DNA of 64,000 nt from contig NC_047078.1 in NCBI RefSeq assembly GCF_902459465.1, forward strand, positions 12,648,001-12,712,000, in the 5' to 3' direction. Below are positions 35,101 to 47,676 of this stretch, in pieces; position 1 is the first letter of the stretch, and each line of letters begins with the position of its first letter. The DNA comes from Asterias rubens (Eukaryota). The translations under genes and the position numbers were made by a program. A model generated the notes under the pieces. The model made no database searches and was not told where the DNA came from. It worked only from the letters and a program-made list of their open reading frames with translations.

Positions 35101-38100
35101 TCTCTATGAAATGTGGCCTAGATTATAATATTTTGATTTGGTCTCTGAACAGATGAAGCTGGTGACAATAATAAGGAGCTTGCTACAGATAATGCAGATG
35201 TTCTGGCAACACTTGCCATGCATCAACATCAGGGAGAAGGAACTGGGACTTCAGGTAGTGAAAGATATATTAAAGGCACTGGACACTATTGGTTTTTACT
35301 CAACAATTGTTTTAGTTGTTAGCATAAAAACATACTTGGTAAGGAGTAATGGAAAGCTGATGATAGTATAAAACATTGTGAGAAACGGCTCCCTCTGAAG
35401 TAACGTAGATTTTGAGAAAGAAGTAATTTTCCACGAAAATATTTGGATTTTATTTTGAGACCTCAAAATTAGATTTTGAGGTCCTGAAATCAAGCATCTG
35501 ATGAAAGCACACAACTTCGTGTAACAAGAGTGTTTTTTCTTCCATTGTTTTCTCGCAACTTCAACAACCAATTGAGTTCAAATTTGCACAGTTTTGTTAT
35601 TTTGTGCATATGTTGAGATACACCAAGTGAGAAGACTGGTCTTTTACAATTACCATTTATAAGTGTTCAGTGTCTTTAAGTGACATATCATATTATTAAG
35701 TGGCTGATTTGGGGTTTTGTTACCTGGGCTAGTAGTAATGAGGTTATAAATCCTGTGTAAAAAAAGTAGTCAAAATTAATTGTTTGGTTCAAGGTAAGAG
35801 TAATTGCTTGCCTTCAAACACTTATTCTGAGACCATCATTTTTGAGGAGCTGATTATTATCAATTGTTCATGCACAATAAATTCCATTTGATACTAAAAC
35901 CGTATGTAACTGTAATGACTGTACGACAAAATACATTTAACACAGAACTTCCTAAAGTTTAAAGAGTGCCAACAATGGCTAACATTCTTACGGGAAATTG
36001 CATGTCGCAGAACATTTAATGTTTTTGAGCTTGGGTTATTTGGTCATCATGTGCAATGTTTGCTAGAGTGGAATAGGCCCATGGCATGGTTGTAACAGTC
36101 TTGCTTTTAAAGGTCTTGGAATCAAAGACCAGGCTTTGAGTTTGTTGAACAAGATGCTACAGCCACGCCAAGCAATGATAACCAAATCATGGATCAAGAA
36201 CTAGACCAAGCATCCCTGGAAGTTTACAATAAACTTTGCAAAATGTTAGGTTTCAATCCCTATAGGGTAAATCATATGTACATTATAATTAATGCTCATT
36301 GTGCATGTATGGGTCATTAACTTTAGCAGATAAACAAGATGAAGTTGCTATGCAACAGGAAACGTGTTCCAAACAACTCGAGTCAGAACCTACTGAGGAA
36401 GAAGACATCGAGGGTGACACCATTCAGAAGGAGGGGACAGAATTAGGCGAGCCGGGGCAGGACGCTGACAAAGTTGAAGATAATGGTACATATTTCATTC
36501 AAAACTAAAATCTTACGTTAAGTAAAAAACTTTCTGCATCTTCACTGTTAACCAGGAAGCTAGTTGCTATGGATTATAGAAAAGTAATGAAACACAAATT
36601 GTTATCACAAATCAATCAATCAATCAAAGGTCGTTTGTAGAGCGCCAAAATCAAGAGTTTGTTCTAAGGCGCTGAGGCATAGTTGAATGGGCCTGCTGGA
36701 ACAGGTGAGCTTTAAAGAGTGTCTTGAATGAGGTGTTTGAGCTGGCATTTCTGATCTGTGTACAAAGATTATTCCACATTTTCGGGCCATATACAATAAT
36801 AATAATAATAAGACTTGTAATGCGCACATATCCACCCTGCTGGGTGTTCAAGGCGCAGTAAAACCAAAAAAAACAAAAAAAAAACAAAAAAAAAAAAAAA
36901 ACAAAACAAAAACAAAACACAAAGAAAAAAACAGACACAACAAAATTAGTCATTGAAAACCTGTGACATAAGATAAGTTTTGAGAAGTGACTTGAATTTT
37001 GCGGTACAAACACAAGATCGAAGATTAAGTGGTAGAGAGTTCCAGATGCGAGGCGCGGCTGAAGAAAAAGACCTGTCACCCCATGAGTGTCGAGACTTGG
37101 GTTCAATGAGGAGAAGCATGGAACTTGATCGAAGATTCCTTGATGGAGTGTAAACTTGAAGCAGTTCAGAAATATAATGGGGAGCCTTGCCATTTAGAGC
37201 TTTGTGGACAATGAGCATCAGCTTGAAGATGATTCGTTGAGAGATAGGGAGCCAGTGTAGTTGTTTCAGAATGGGGGTGATAGAACAGGATTTTCTAGAC
37301 AGTGTCACAATGCAGGCAGCAGTATTTTGGAGCCGTTGAAGTCGGGAAATCTGGTTGTTAGGAAGACTGTATAGAAGAGCATTGCCGTTGTCAAGACGAG
37401 AAGTGACAAATGCGTGAATGACCTTTTCAGTGGCACTTTTGTCCAAGTACTTGCGAATCTTACCTATATTCCTGATGTGATATGATGATAAACGAACAAT
37501 ATTGTTGATGTGTGGCTGAAGTGTCATCGATGAATCAAAAATAACCCCCAAGTTCCGAGCTTTTAGCGAGGGAGCTATCCGAGCGTCACCGATGGAGATG
37601 TATGGCACTGAAACCTTAGTTAACTGTTGACGTGACCCAAATAAAAGGAACTCTGTCTTATCATACAGAGAATGATCTCTCTGCAAAAACTGAATAGAGA
37701 GTTCTTGGCACAACAAAAAGGGAGCATGAGGTAGACAAATGAAGATGTCTCTGTTGAGATCTCAATTCGAGCATGATCAACGGAGGTTTGTTTGCACATA
37801 ATGTGTGTGTATTCACAACAAATTGACTCTCTTGGGGCAATGCCTGTTTAATGTTTAAATGTCACAAAAAGTAAGAAATAATGTAAACTCAACCTTTTTA
37901 TATAAATTGTTTACAAGGTAGCCGGAAAAAACAAAATGGCCAAAGCTGCGATCAAATCTGTGATCTTTCAAATAGAGCTGTACCAAAATGGATAAATTAA
38001 CCATCACTTTATAATTGGGTGGTTCATGTGATGGCAGATAAAACCCCTATAAATATAAGCCTTACTGCCAATTGGCCACTCAGTGATCATGCTCCTGGGT

Positions 38101-38214
38101 AGTGGCAGAACCCGGGATCACACTGGCTTTTTAACATTTTTGAAACATGATTGTTTCTCTCTACTATAAACAGGTAATGAAGACTCAGACCAGAACGCAG
38201 AAGATGAGGGCTAG
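32153..38214 (+). CDS. RIIa dimerization/docking-domain protein (Sp17/CABYR/ropporin-like) with acidic tail, about 116 aa
   Basis: Exons 32153-32306 (CCACC-ATG; VPPGFQNILWLLSQEVLRVNPEKPLEFIAGFMDDLL), 36330-36485 (or 36327 via NAGNAG) and 38174-38214, all phase 1 and compatible. Further exons cannot be excluded. Confidence 0.8.
32368..32620 (+). mobile_element. tRNA-derived SINE with CORE-like central block
   Basis: B-box GGGTTCGAATCCC, then TTGAGCAAGACACT...CTCCACCCAGGGGTAAATGGGTAC; two tandem head fragments at about 34570-34790. Confidence 0.7.
33400..33576. mobile_element. Palindromic MITE (GATAACGAT...GCAAAGAGAACGCATTCTATTGG family)
   Basis: Inverted arms; related copies at about 44626-44810 and 11680-11840. 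Confidence 0.7.
35270..35679 (-). mobile_element. Kolobok-like MITE
   Basis: Reverse copy of the TTAA-flanked family. Confidence 0.8.
36610..36795 (-). mobile_element. L2 LINE 3' fragment with (TTGA)n tail
   Basis: GPKMWNNLCTQIRNASSNTSFKTLFKAHLF; (CAAT)n on the plus strand at 36610-36625. Confidence 0.75.
36796..37716 (-). mobile_element. 5'-truncated L2 LINE (ORF2 C-terminal 256 aa) with (TTA)n tail
   Basis: KTEFLLFGS, ARNLGVIFDSSMT, LHWLPISQRIIFK, WGDRSFSSAAPRIWNSLP; tail ...GTGCGCATTACAAGTC(TTA)n. Confidence 0.9.
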
Positions 38215-39334
38215 CATATCGTCAAATTCATGGTTTCAGAAAACCAAAGTTGAGTCTAATCATTGAGTCAGTGCATATAATAATGTTTCTCCCAAGGTGT
38301 AGCATTGATACAATCACTAGTTTGTAGTTTACAAACATTGTATCAGCTAACAATCCTGGATGTTCACACAAAACTTGAGTTAGGAATGACCACATACAAG
38401 ATGCAATGCTATTCAAAACAAGCTGCAATGTTTTTGTGCTGACATTACAATGTTTACCCCATTCGTACAAAATGAGAGTATTTTGAGTCATACAAAATCA
38501 TTGCCAGATATAGGGCACTCTCAGGCGTGATAATATTTCTATTCTAATCCGAGTTTTAAGTATTTCCGACCTTGTTAAATAAAGGTTTTTTAAGAATAAC
38601 CTTAAAATATGTAAAGGTTCAAATATATCCTGTCTTAGCTCTAAGGTCAAAGTTTAACACATCCAAAAGTCATGACAACTTAATAAACTCTTAAACTCTT
38701 TACTGATATTTAATGTGTGGCCATGAGTGAATTCGCATTAGAATTACAGCTCTTTGCTCTTTTTGTGAGATTAGGATATATTTAACGATTTTATAAATTT
38801 TTAAAGTTTGCTTTTTGAAACGGTCAAATATGTTTTTGAAGAATTGTTGTATAGGCCTTTGTGTATAAAGTATTTTATTTGCAGTTGAAATTGATCCTAA
38901 TTTATTTGCAAAGTTTGCCTAGTGTAGACTTAGCCCCAAACACCATGAGAAGTTGAAAAGAATGGTTATTTATCTTTTATGTAGTCTTGGTGCAAGTTGT
39001 TCTTGTTTATTCCTCTACAGCCTAGTGTCCCACTGAACATGTCCAAAACACCATTTGAAGACCTCCCAAATCACTATTACTCTTTTTGAGATGATGTACA
39101 AGTTCACTGTTTGGTTTGGGTATGTACAGACAAATTTACCCAAACTATTAAAGTAATTTCATGGTAAATTTTTCACCCTTTCTCAAAATGGCTAAACAGG
39201 CTTTATTTGACTTGGTTTGAATCTGCACAAAATTCCTTAATAAAAACAAAATAAAAATGTTATTTTCCCCCTTAAAATCTGTTAACCGAATTTAATGAAT
39301 TTTTATTGAAAACTTGAGGAATAGTATGAATGTA

Positions 39335-39515
39335 TTAATTTTGGTTTTTACCCATACACCGATCTGTGTTAGCACTGTATACTCGGAATATTCTGGAGTC
39401 CTGTGAACAAATTTCACAGGCATATTACTCGGGTCTGACCCTTGCAATTCTAGAGCAGTGTCTTACCAACTAGACTACCGAGGTTGCCTGGTAGCTAGAG
39501 GCAGTTCGAATCCTA
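39335..39515 (-). mobile_element. Copy of the tRNA-centred ~260-bp element (internally deleted) with TSD
   Basis: Homologous to 20794-21086 and 63103-63460; ATGAATGTA at 39326-39334 and 39518-39526. Confidence 0.7.
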
Positions 39516-41802
39516 GAATGAATGTAGTCATCTCGAGACCAATGATGTGTAGTGCCATGGTTCATTTAGAGTAGTTGCAGCTGTTTGTCCCTGCACTGCT
39601 GAAGCCAATCCTTACCTGTATGCAGACTGTGGTGCCAGTCTCGATTGTAAATATTATAATAATTTTGATTGTTGTAGATTTTGGCACCATACATTTGAAG
39701 ATTTTACAAACTGGTTTAGACAGGATGTGGTATATATTACGTGTTATTTGATGCCAAAAAGTCTTGCCCACTGTAAGTTGAAAATTAAGAGTTGAATTAA
39801 ACAACACAAATTCAAACTTTGGGTATTAAATTCTCTTCTTTTTGTTGTCACTGTTTTGCATGTTATCACTTTTATTGTATGCTCATGTTTATAGGATTTA
39901 CAACAAAATATCCACCGTTTCAAATTCTTTACAAACAAATAAAATCGTTTAGTGATGTATTCACAGGACCAGGCTGCTTCATTTTATGAAGCAAAACTGT
40001 GAAACCACAAAACATTGACACAAAACAGCAACCATGGATGAATAGGATGAGTTTTGGCAAGTATTCAAAATAATTTGAGATTATCTGAAAGTATGGCAGA
40101 ATTAAAGATGACAAAGCTCCCATAACTGGATATAACAAAGTATTTGTTTTTGGTGTTTTAATCCAACGGATAAAGAAAGAGGTTTTTCCCCGACAAAACT
40201 ATTTGAGACCAACCATTTTATTATAAGAATACTTCTTCTTCTGCATTGTTTCTGCATTGTTTGCACACATCTAGATCCACAAAACATCTCAAGAAAAAGT
40301 AGATATCGTGTTAACTTGGTTTTTAACAATAGACCCTTCTCAGCCACAGTCGAAACATGTGCCATCATGCACACACATCATTAGAACATGCCAACATGTG
40401 CTTCCGAAATGCAATGCTGTATGGCACTACGCATACTGCGTAGTACTTCAACATGGCAGACTTGCATTGCTGTCGACGCATTGTATGTAATGTCACAAAC
40501 CCCAAAACAGTGCCCTGACTGAGGTCAATGAAGAGTTATCATTGGCTGAAAGTCGTGCACACAGTTCATACAGGGGAGCACGTTTCCATTGTTGGCATCA
40601 AAAGATAGCGACCAATGCAGGGTATGAGAACCCCCATAGCGCACAGTACTCCAAAGCCTTGCAGGAAAATATCAACAGTCACATTGAGTAGGACTCGAAG
40701 TATGTGGTCTCAAAAACTAACAAATATTCTAGATTTTTTTTCAGAGAGTTTTTACACATTAATGTGTGGTATAATATGTTTATTTTGATTTGACTTTAAA
40801 AGTCGGGTGGATAAGGGCCATCTATAATAATTAAAAATGAACCAAAACTGTACAAGAACAAGGTCGCTAACATTATGGGATGGTATCGGCACGCTTTCCA
40901 ATAAAACAATGAAAAATTATCAAACTTGCATTTCTCCGCTTTTAGACCAACAATTCCTTTAAACAAAAATGCTTTTATTACAAAATGCTTTATATTGAAT
41001 GAAAAATACTACTTCAATCCAATGGGTTCCTCCATAAACATAATTAAAAGTAACTTACGATTTGTCGAGCTCAGTCCTCTGTGCCTCACCAGAACTTAAC
41101 GTCTGTGCTGTAGCAACGCAAGCAGAACTCTAAATGCATAGCCCGAACTTCCTACACATCACCACACTCACTTCAGAACTGGTACTCTGCACATCACTTC
41201 ACTTTCTCCCATTCATATACACCACCACCACAATCTACACTCAAGCATACCAGTGAAATTCTCAAGACATTCCTGAGAGCCAACGCCCCAAGGAAAACAA
41301 AGGACCGCCCCTAACAAAAAGCCTTTGTGCTTGCATTGCAAGTTCTACTGCTGCACAGTAGCACTTGCCCACCTGTCCAAACTATTTACAACATTTCAAC
41401 ACAGTAGCTGTAGCAGCTGCACAGTAGCCAGTAGCGCTTGCCCCAGCAGTTGCACAGTAGCAGCTCGCGTTAGCACTATTTACAACAGCAAATCATGGCC
41501 CTATATTTTAGTGTACCACAAAATATACAAAACAACTATTTCCAACTGCTTCCATTAGTCAACCTGTGACAGAGTTGAACATGAAATGATCATACATTTT
41601 ACAAATAAAGTAGACGTAAACACAGTATTGTTTTTCCACCACCACTTTGTGCATTTAATACTGGTCACTATATTACTTGACAATGATTGCACCTGTAATT
41701 AAAGACAATTGTTTTAAGCATTTATGCCACAGATTTGAAATCACTATGACCCACTGTGATGTTAGACCTGATTTAAGACTTGAATCAAGTTCATTGTCAC
41801 AT

Positions 41803-41974
41803 AGGCCCTTTTACAAAACCACGGCTTCGGCTTTGGATACGGCTTGAGGCTCCTGAAGCCCTGATCGCATACACGCAAAGCACGCGCAGTGTCAAAACAA
41901 CCGGCAGGCCAGAGCTAGCCTGAGCCGAATCCAAAGCCGAATCCAAAGCTGAAGCAGTTGTTTCGAAAAGGGCC
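41803..41974. mobile_element. Palindromic MITE
   Basis: GGCCCTTTT...CGGCTTCGGCTTTGGAT / ATCCAAAGCTGAAGCAG...AAAAGGGCC. Confidence 0.65.
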
Positions 41975-42727
41975 GTAGAGACGGAGAAAAATGTGAATGC
42001 AAATGACTCCCATGGAAACAGGCTTCTAAATCATGGCAAAATAACCCAAATAAAAAACTGAGATGAAAGTATGAAAAGAGGTCGAGACAGGATATGATAT
42101 ATTCACATCCATACGTATAACTTTGAAATTGAAAAAAAATAAAACATTCAATTTCCCCAGAAATGATCTTAATAGAAAACAATTGTTTTTTTTAGTTTGG
42201 CTGTTTTGCCATGTATGGGAGTGCTATCAATTTGGGTTTCCTTGTACCGTTTTAACACTGAGAGATCAAGACTAAAACTATAAATTACAGCCATATTTAT
42301 TGGGCAAACTAAAATCAGTACAATATTTGTCATCTTTCAAATATCCATCCTTAATGTGGTTGTAATGGTCCTGGAAGTTGTTTATATTTTAATATCATGA
42401 ACAATTTAGATAAACTAAAAGGTTATGCACAAATGTTGTGCATAAAGGAACAAAATATACTTTATTTACATATTGTACAAGAAAGAAAGAAGGCAAAATA
42501 ATAAGTTTGGCATAATAATTTGACAACTTTTTCTAAACCTTTTTAAAAAGTTTTAAGTAATTAAAAGTAATATCCTGATGAAAAACCATAGGAAAATATA
42601 ACAATACCGTAATAAAAGATGGAATGTCTCCAAAAGTACTTCTTGTTTGGTTGATTCATTCTATGAATAACCAGTGCCAGAATGCTTGGATTATTATGAG
42701 TTAGCCAATGGTTTGATATTAATACAT

Positions 42728-42920
42728 CGATCCATTAGGCTCCGCCCAAGGCGCACATGTGAGCAAGAACACGTGAGCCACTCCAATGCCATTATGCACA
42801 ACTCTGTCGCGCATGCCAAACATACGCGCACTCATGTCAGACTTTATAGTGTCAGACTTTTGGTTGTGCAATGGGTTATGATTGGTCAATACGCAATGAG
42901 GCGGCGCTTAATGGATCTGT
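42728..42920. mobile_element. MITE (GATCCATTAGGCTCCGCCC family)
   Basis: Inverted termini; second copy at about 43510-43681. Confidence 0.65.
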
Positions 42921-44078
42921 CTATTGCTTGGCTAGTGATGACAAGATACAAATCACCTCAGCAGTCTAGTATGACTTGTGAATCAAATTCGGACTCTATT
43001 GCGACTCGTGTCACAATATTAAAGACTTGACTCAACAGGGGCTTGAGTCACGATGATAAATAACTTCAACTCCAACTTGGGACTAAAGACTTGACACTTG
43101 TGACTTTGAAATCAACACCAAAATGCAAAGTAGTGCTATAATTAATGAAATACATAATCTTCTTGCAAAATGGTTGTAATTAACCCACTTAGAGACCATA
43201 GAGGAAACATTCTCACCTCATTGTTTTCTAAGTCTATATGAGAAAGTTGGGTTCACACTTTGTGACTTGATTGACATTGACTTAGACTGAATCCCAGTTA
43301 ACCCATGACTTACACACTCAGACTTAAAACTCAAGACTCAACTTGGACTCCTGGATTGCACACTCAAACACAAAAATGCTTTGGCAAAAGTGAAATATTA
43401 TCTGAAATATCAATATTTGACCTTGATAAAATGTGTTGCCCAAGTCCCTGCTCCATAATAGTAAATGTTTACCAGCCACTGGTAATGTATTGCCTGGCAA
43501 CCAATAACCCGATCCATTAGGCTCCGCCCACGACACACGTGTGAGCAAGAACACGTGAGCCTTTCTGCACAACTCTAACGCGCACACCAAGCATACACGC
43601 ACGCATGTTGGACCTTATTTGTCAGACCTTCCTTGCGTAGTGATTGGTCAATACACAATGGGGCGGAGCTTAATGGATCGGTCTATTGTTCAGCAAAAGT
43701 TCTGCTCAAATATTACAAGGTTATTTTATAATTACAAAACACACTAATAAAGTGCATGTTTTCTCAATGGTGCGTATCACAAACTTGTATAACATTATTT
43801 CAAAGAACCGGGTAATATTTCAAGTCAAAATAAGAGACAGCCTAATTCAAGACTCTTCTGAATTCCCTGCAGACTTGCTATGGTAACTAATGCTTGGCCG
43901 AGTTAAGCTGTCATATTTCATGTTTTTTTTTAAAGTTAAATATAACTAATGAATAGTTATGACATCAGCCATCCTAGTAGATGTGTCTATTACTGTCAAA
44001 GTTAAAGCACGCTAGGCAGGGCTGCTAAAATCCTTCCCCCACCCAGCTTACTCTATTTAAATCGAAATAACAATATAC

Positions 44079-44083
<5 letters not shown>

Positions 44084-44118
<35 letters not shown>
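44084..44118 (+). repeat. (AG)n microsatellite
   Basis: Direct reading. Confidence 0.95.
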
Positions 44119-44120
<2 letters not shown>

Positions 44121-46139
44121 CAATTTCTTTTGTTCCAATACTATTCTTTAAGGATGTGTCAGGTTTGCAAATCTTCGATTTCACTCCTGTTTTGTTGACG
44201 AGAATTGTACTACGATTGCTAAACTACACACAATTACTGCCCTGATACTGCAAAGATGCATTTATTGCACATTTGAAGTATAATGACTAGCGGCCATTTA
44301 ATGACAAATTTATTAAAACTTTTTGCGTTATTCACATTAGATTGAAAGTGAGGCTGGAAGGTAAATAACCCCTCCTCCATAGCGAACATGATGAATGCAT
44401 ACCAACAGTCTGATTATTAACAAGTACTTTTATCACTTCTACATCAACAATGAGAAACATTGCCCCTGTCAACGGACAAATAGTCTGGTTCCCTGAATGA
44501 ATATGCGCGTCCATTAGTTGTATGCACATACACTTTGAATCACCAGTGAATCACTACCCAACACTAACTGCATTGCACACTAAGCAAGTACTGTTATCAG
44601 GGAATAAGACAGCAATATGGTGACTTAAGGCCGAGTTACACTGCAGAGATAACGAAAAGGATAATGATCACAACGCAAAGAGAACGCATTCTATTAGTAA
44701 AATGAGCGTGTGCATATTCTGCTTGGAGGAATTCAACCAATAGAATGCATTCTCTTTGCGTCGTGATCGTTATCGTTTTCATTATGGCTGCAGTGTGACT
44801 CTGTCCTTAAGGCAGTCATGTAGCCAGATGATGTCACTGTACAGTATCTCGCCTCCCTTACAAGACACTAGTGCACAAATTGGTATCAGTCAATAAACCA
44901 TTTTAATAAACCAATTGAAGATATAACTTGAGCATTTTGAAATACAGGTGAAAGTCATGTATTGTTGCCATGTTGGAATACTAATAGTATTAATACTGCC
45001 AAATAGAGCCAGTGGTTCCATACTTAGACCACATGGTTCCAACCAGGGAACAAGATCACTCCAATTCAGGGCAACTTGACCATCAGTGCCCTCATTACAA
45101 GGGTACATTTATTGCACTGTTGGCAAAATGAAATGCCTTTAGAGCCATCACCATACTTTGACACATGGTAAAATGTTATCATCTACATGTCAGGGGCTAT
45201 TCAATTGTAAGTCCTATTTCATTGCGTGCAGCAGATGAGTTTGCGTGTGTTGTAATGACTTCCATGTACCAGCAGAGAAAGCCTTTCAGAAAGACTCTGC
45301 TAGGGTCCAAACGTCAGGCCATTAACTATTTTTGACTTACAAGCAGGATAAACATCTCATGAACTCCTTCATCGTTACATTTCATGTTATTTTAAGCTAC
45401 AAGGCAATCTAATATAAACTAGCACAATCTACATAACATCTGCAGTTATTACATAACAATTTCGTTATTATGGCAAGGTGAGTTTACATAATACATTCAA
45501 ATCTTATTTTAAGGACCTTCCTTTCTTCGTTCAAGATTTAAAGTAATGATCCTAAATGATTTCATGCACTGAATAAACACTAGGGACCAGTGTCACACTT
45601 CAAAACACTTACTATTGGCAACAAGTTTAGCCTGCAATTATCCATTGTTTAACTACAGTTTTGAGCAAGCGTACATGTACACTCAAAAACTGACACTTAA
45701 CCGTCTCTGATAAAAACACCTTAAATGGTGCTGCTATACTTTCAAAATCAGGAAAATATTTGCTTTGCGTAGTGGAACACTCCCAGATCTAACTATTAGT
45801 TTAGCAGAAACATGACATCAGGCCTAGATCTAACCGCAACTCAATTTCATTGAGCTACAAGGACCACTAAAATAAAAATGTGCTAAGCCAATTTTGCTCA
45901 AAGACCATGTAAAACTTCTTTTTTTAAAGTTGAATAATGTTGATATGTCTCCAGTAGTATCACCACTGGAAACAGATATGAAAACAGAATAAATACCTGG
46001 AATTAAGCTTGGTTTTGCTGATGGGAGTTTCTAAGAACACATTATTGTGCATCAATATTGAACCACTGGGTCAATAAAGTACATGTAGTACTTCCTGTAT
46101 AACCTCTAAAACAATGAAACAATGGGCATCCCCATAGAA

Positions 46140-46769
46140 CCATGGAGGAAGGAAGAGAAGGAGCTCGAACGAAGGGACTTCACAAGTCGAACCTGTGGTA
46201 CCGCGGTCGTTTAACGACACCTCGTAATCACCCACATACCTTATACAGACAATGGGCGACCTGGCATGTGTGAGTTTGCGCGTGTGCACTTGGTTCTTCA
46301 CTCAACTATGGTGTCGTATGTCAGATGGATATAAGACAGAAAAAAAAAACTTTTTTGAGACCTGATAAAAATTGTGTACACTTTCGCCCACAAAATCAAA
46401 ACACAATTGAATACCAACCACCATCGTGTGCCAATACTTAAATTTTGAATGACCGCTAGTGACAGGAAAGTCACAAAAAATGTAAAAATAAGCCATGTTT
46501 CCGTGAAACACCACAAACGGTAAATGAAAACGTGTATATTCACAATTCTTGTCTCCAATGATTCAACTTTACACGAAGGCAACGGTGCAGAGCGGCGGTA
46601 CAGAACGGCGGTTCTGTACAAAGAGATCTAATCCTGCTCGTTAATCGGCCGTACAGCTGGAGGTCTCCTATCTTTTTCCACTGCTCAGACAAGGGCACAG
46701 TCAGGGTATTCTTTTGTTACTCTGCGGTTTTGCGGGTCATTCGAGCTCCTTCTCTTTCTTCCTCCATGA
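46140..46769. mobile_element. Non-autonomous DNA element with 30-bp TIRs (CCATGGAGG...)
   Basis: TIRs match at 28/30 positions; flanks TAGAA / TATAA. Confidence 0.65.
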
Positions 46770-47676
46770 TATAACTTGGTTAATCACCTTTTCTGCCAAG
46801 ACGCTGCATGTTCTAACCTCCTAGAGAACATTCATGTAAAGCATGGGGACATTTCCTGAACCTCAACAATACATGTACATCCCAATGGCATGTAAACCAG
46901 GCAGGATATTTGGCCTCCCAGATTTACAACATTTTATTGAGTACAAGGGATGACCTACATGTCTTTTAATATGGAACAGACTTTGATGTCAATTTAGCTG
47001 TTTTTTCTGCAGGCAAACACAAATCAAAGAGCAGACTTAAGTTGGAAGAAAATCATCCGGAATATACATGTACAACACCCTGCCAACCATTCACAAAGAG
47101 CTTCTGATTCCATAAATAACAAAATGTGGTAAGCTTACAAATGGGTAAAATAATACTTCTTCCCACATCACATTTTACTTGCTTCAATTTATCAACACTT
47201 GAACTTGTTTTTGACACTTTTGAAGTAACTGAACACTGTAACAGATTTACCATGGAATATATAGGACAAACATAACAACCTGCGACCCCCACAGCCATCT
47301 TAATCCAATCTCAGATTATGTTACATGACCTGCCTTCAGCTATGGTTGCTAAGCTTCAGCATCAATGTTGGACTACAGCAGAAATCTTGACAAAGTTGCA
47401 GCCAAAGATCCTAATAAGTAACTGCCTGAGGCCTCGTCCTGAATGGCGCCCTCAGCTGCAGCTACAGCTAGATCAGCGCATCTTCCAATGTTGAAGAATA
47501 GACAGACACGCGGGATCTAGCTGTAGCTGCAGCCGAAGTCGCCGTTTTGGACACAGCCTTAAAATATAAGTTACAGGCTAGTCTGTAGCCAATAAGCATG
47601 CATTGTATATTTTCTAAGCTAAGCAGCCAGGGCACTAGACATCGATAGTAAATGGGAGGTCAAGAGGTCATTATGC

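Noticed and set aside
36651-37193. 180-aa plus-strand ORF with a Phe-rich stretch
   Set aside because: It overlaps L2 sequence and its low-complexity tail, and the protein shown is consistent with antisense or low-complexity translation.
41050-41270. Minus-strand segment with acceptor- and donor-like ends
   Set aside because: No sustained open frame and no partner exons. It could be a non-coding exon but cannot be supported.
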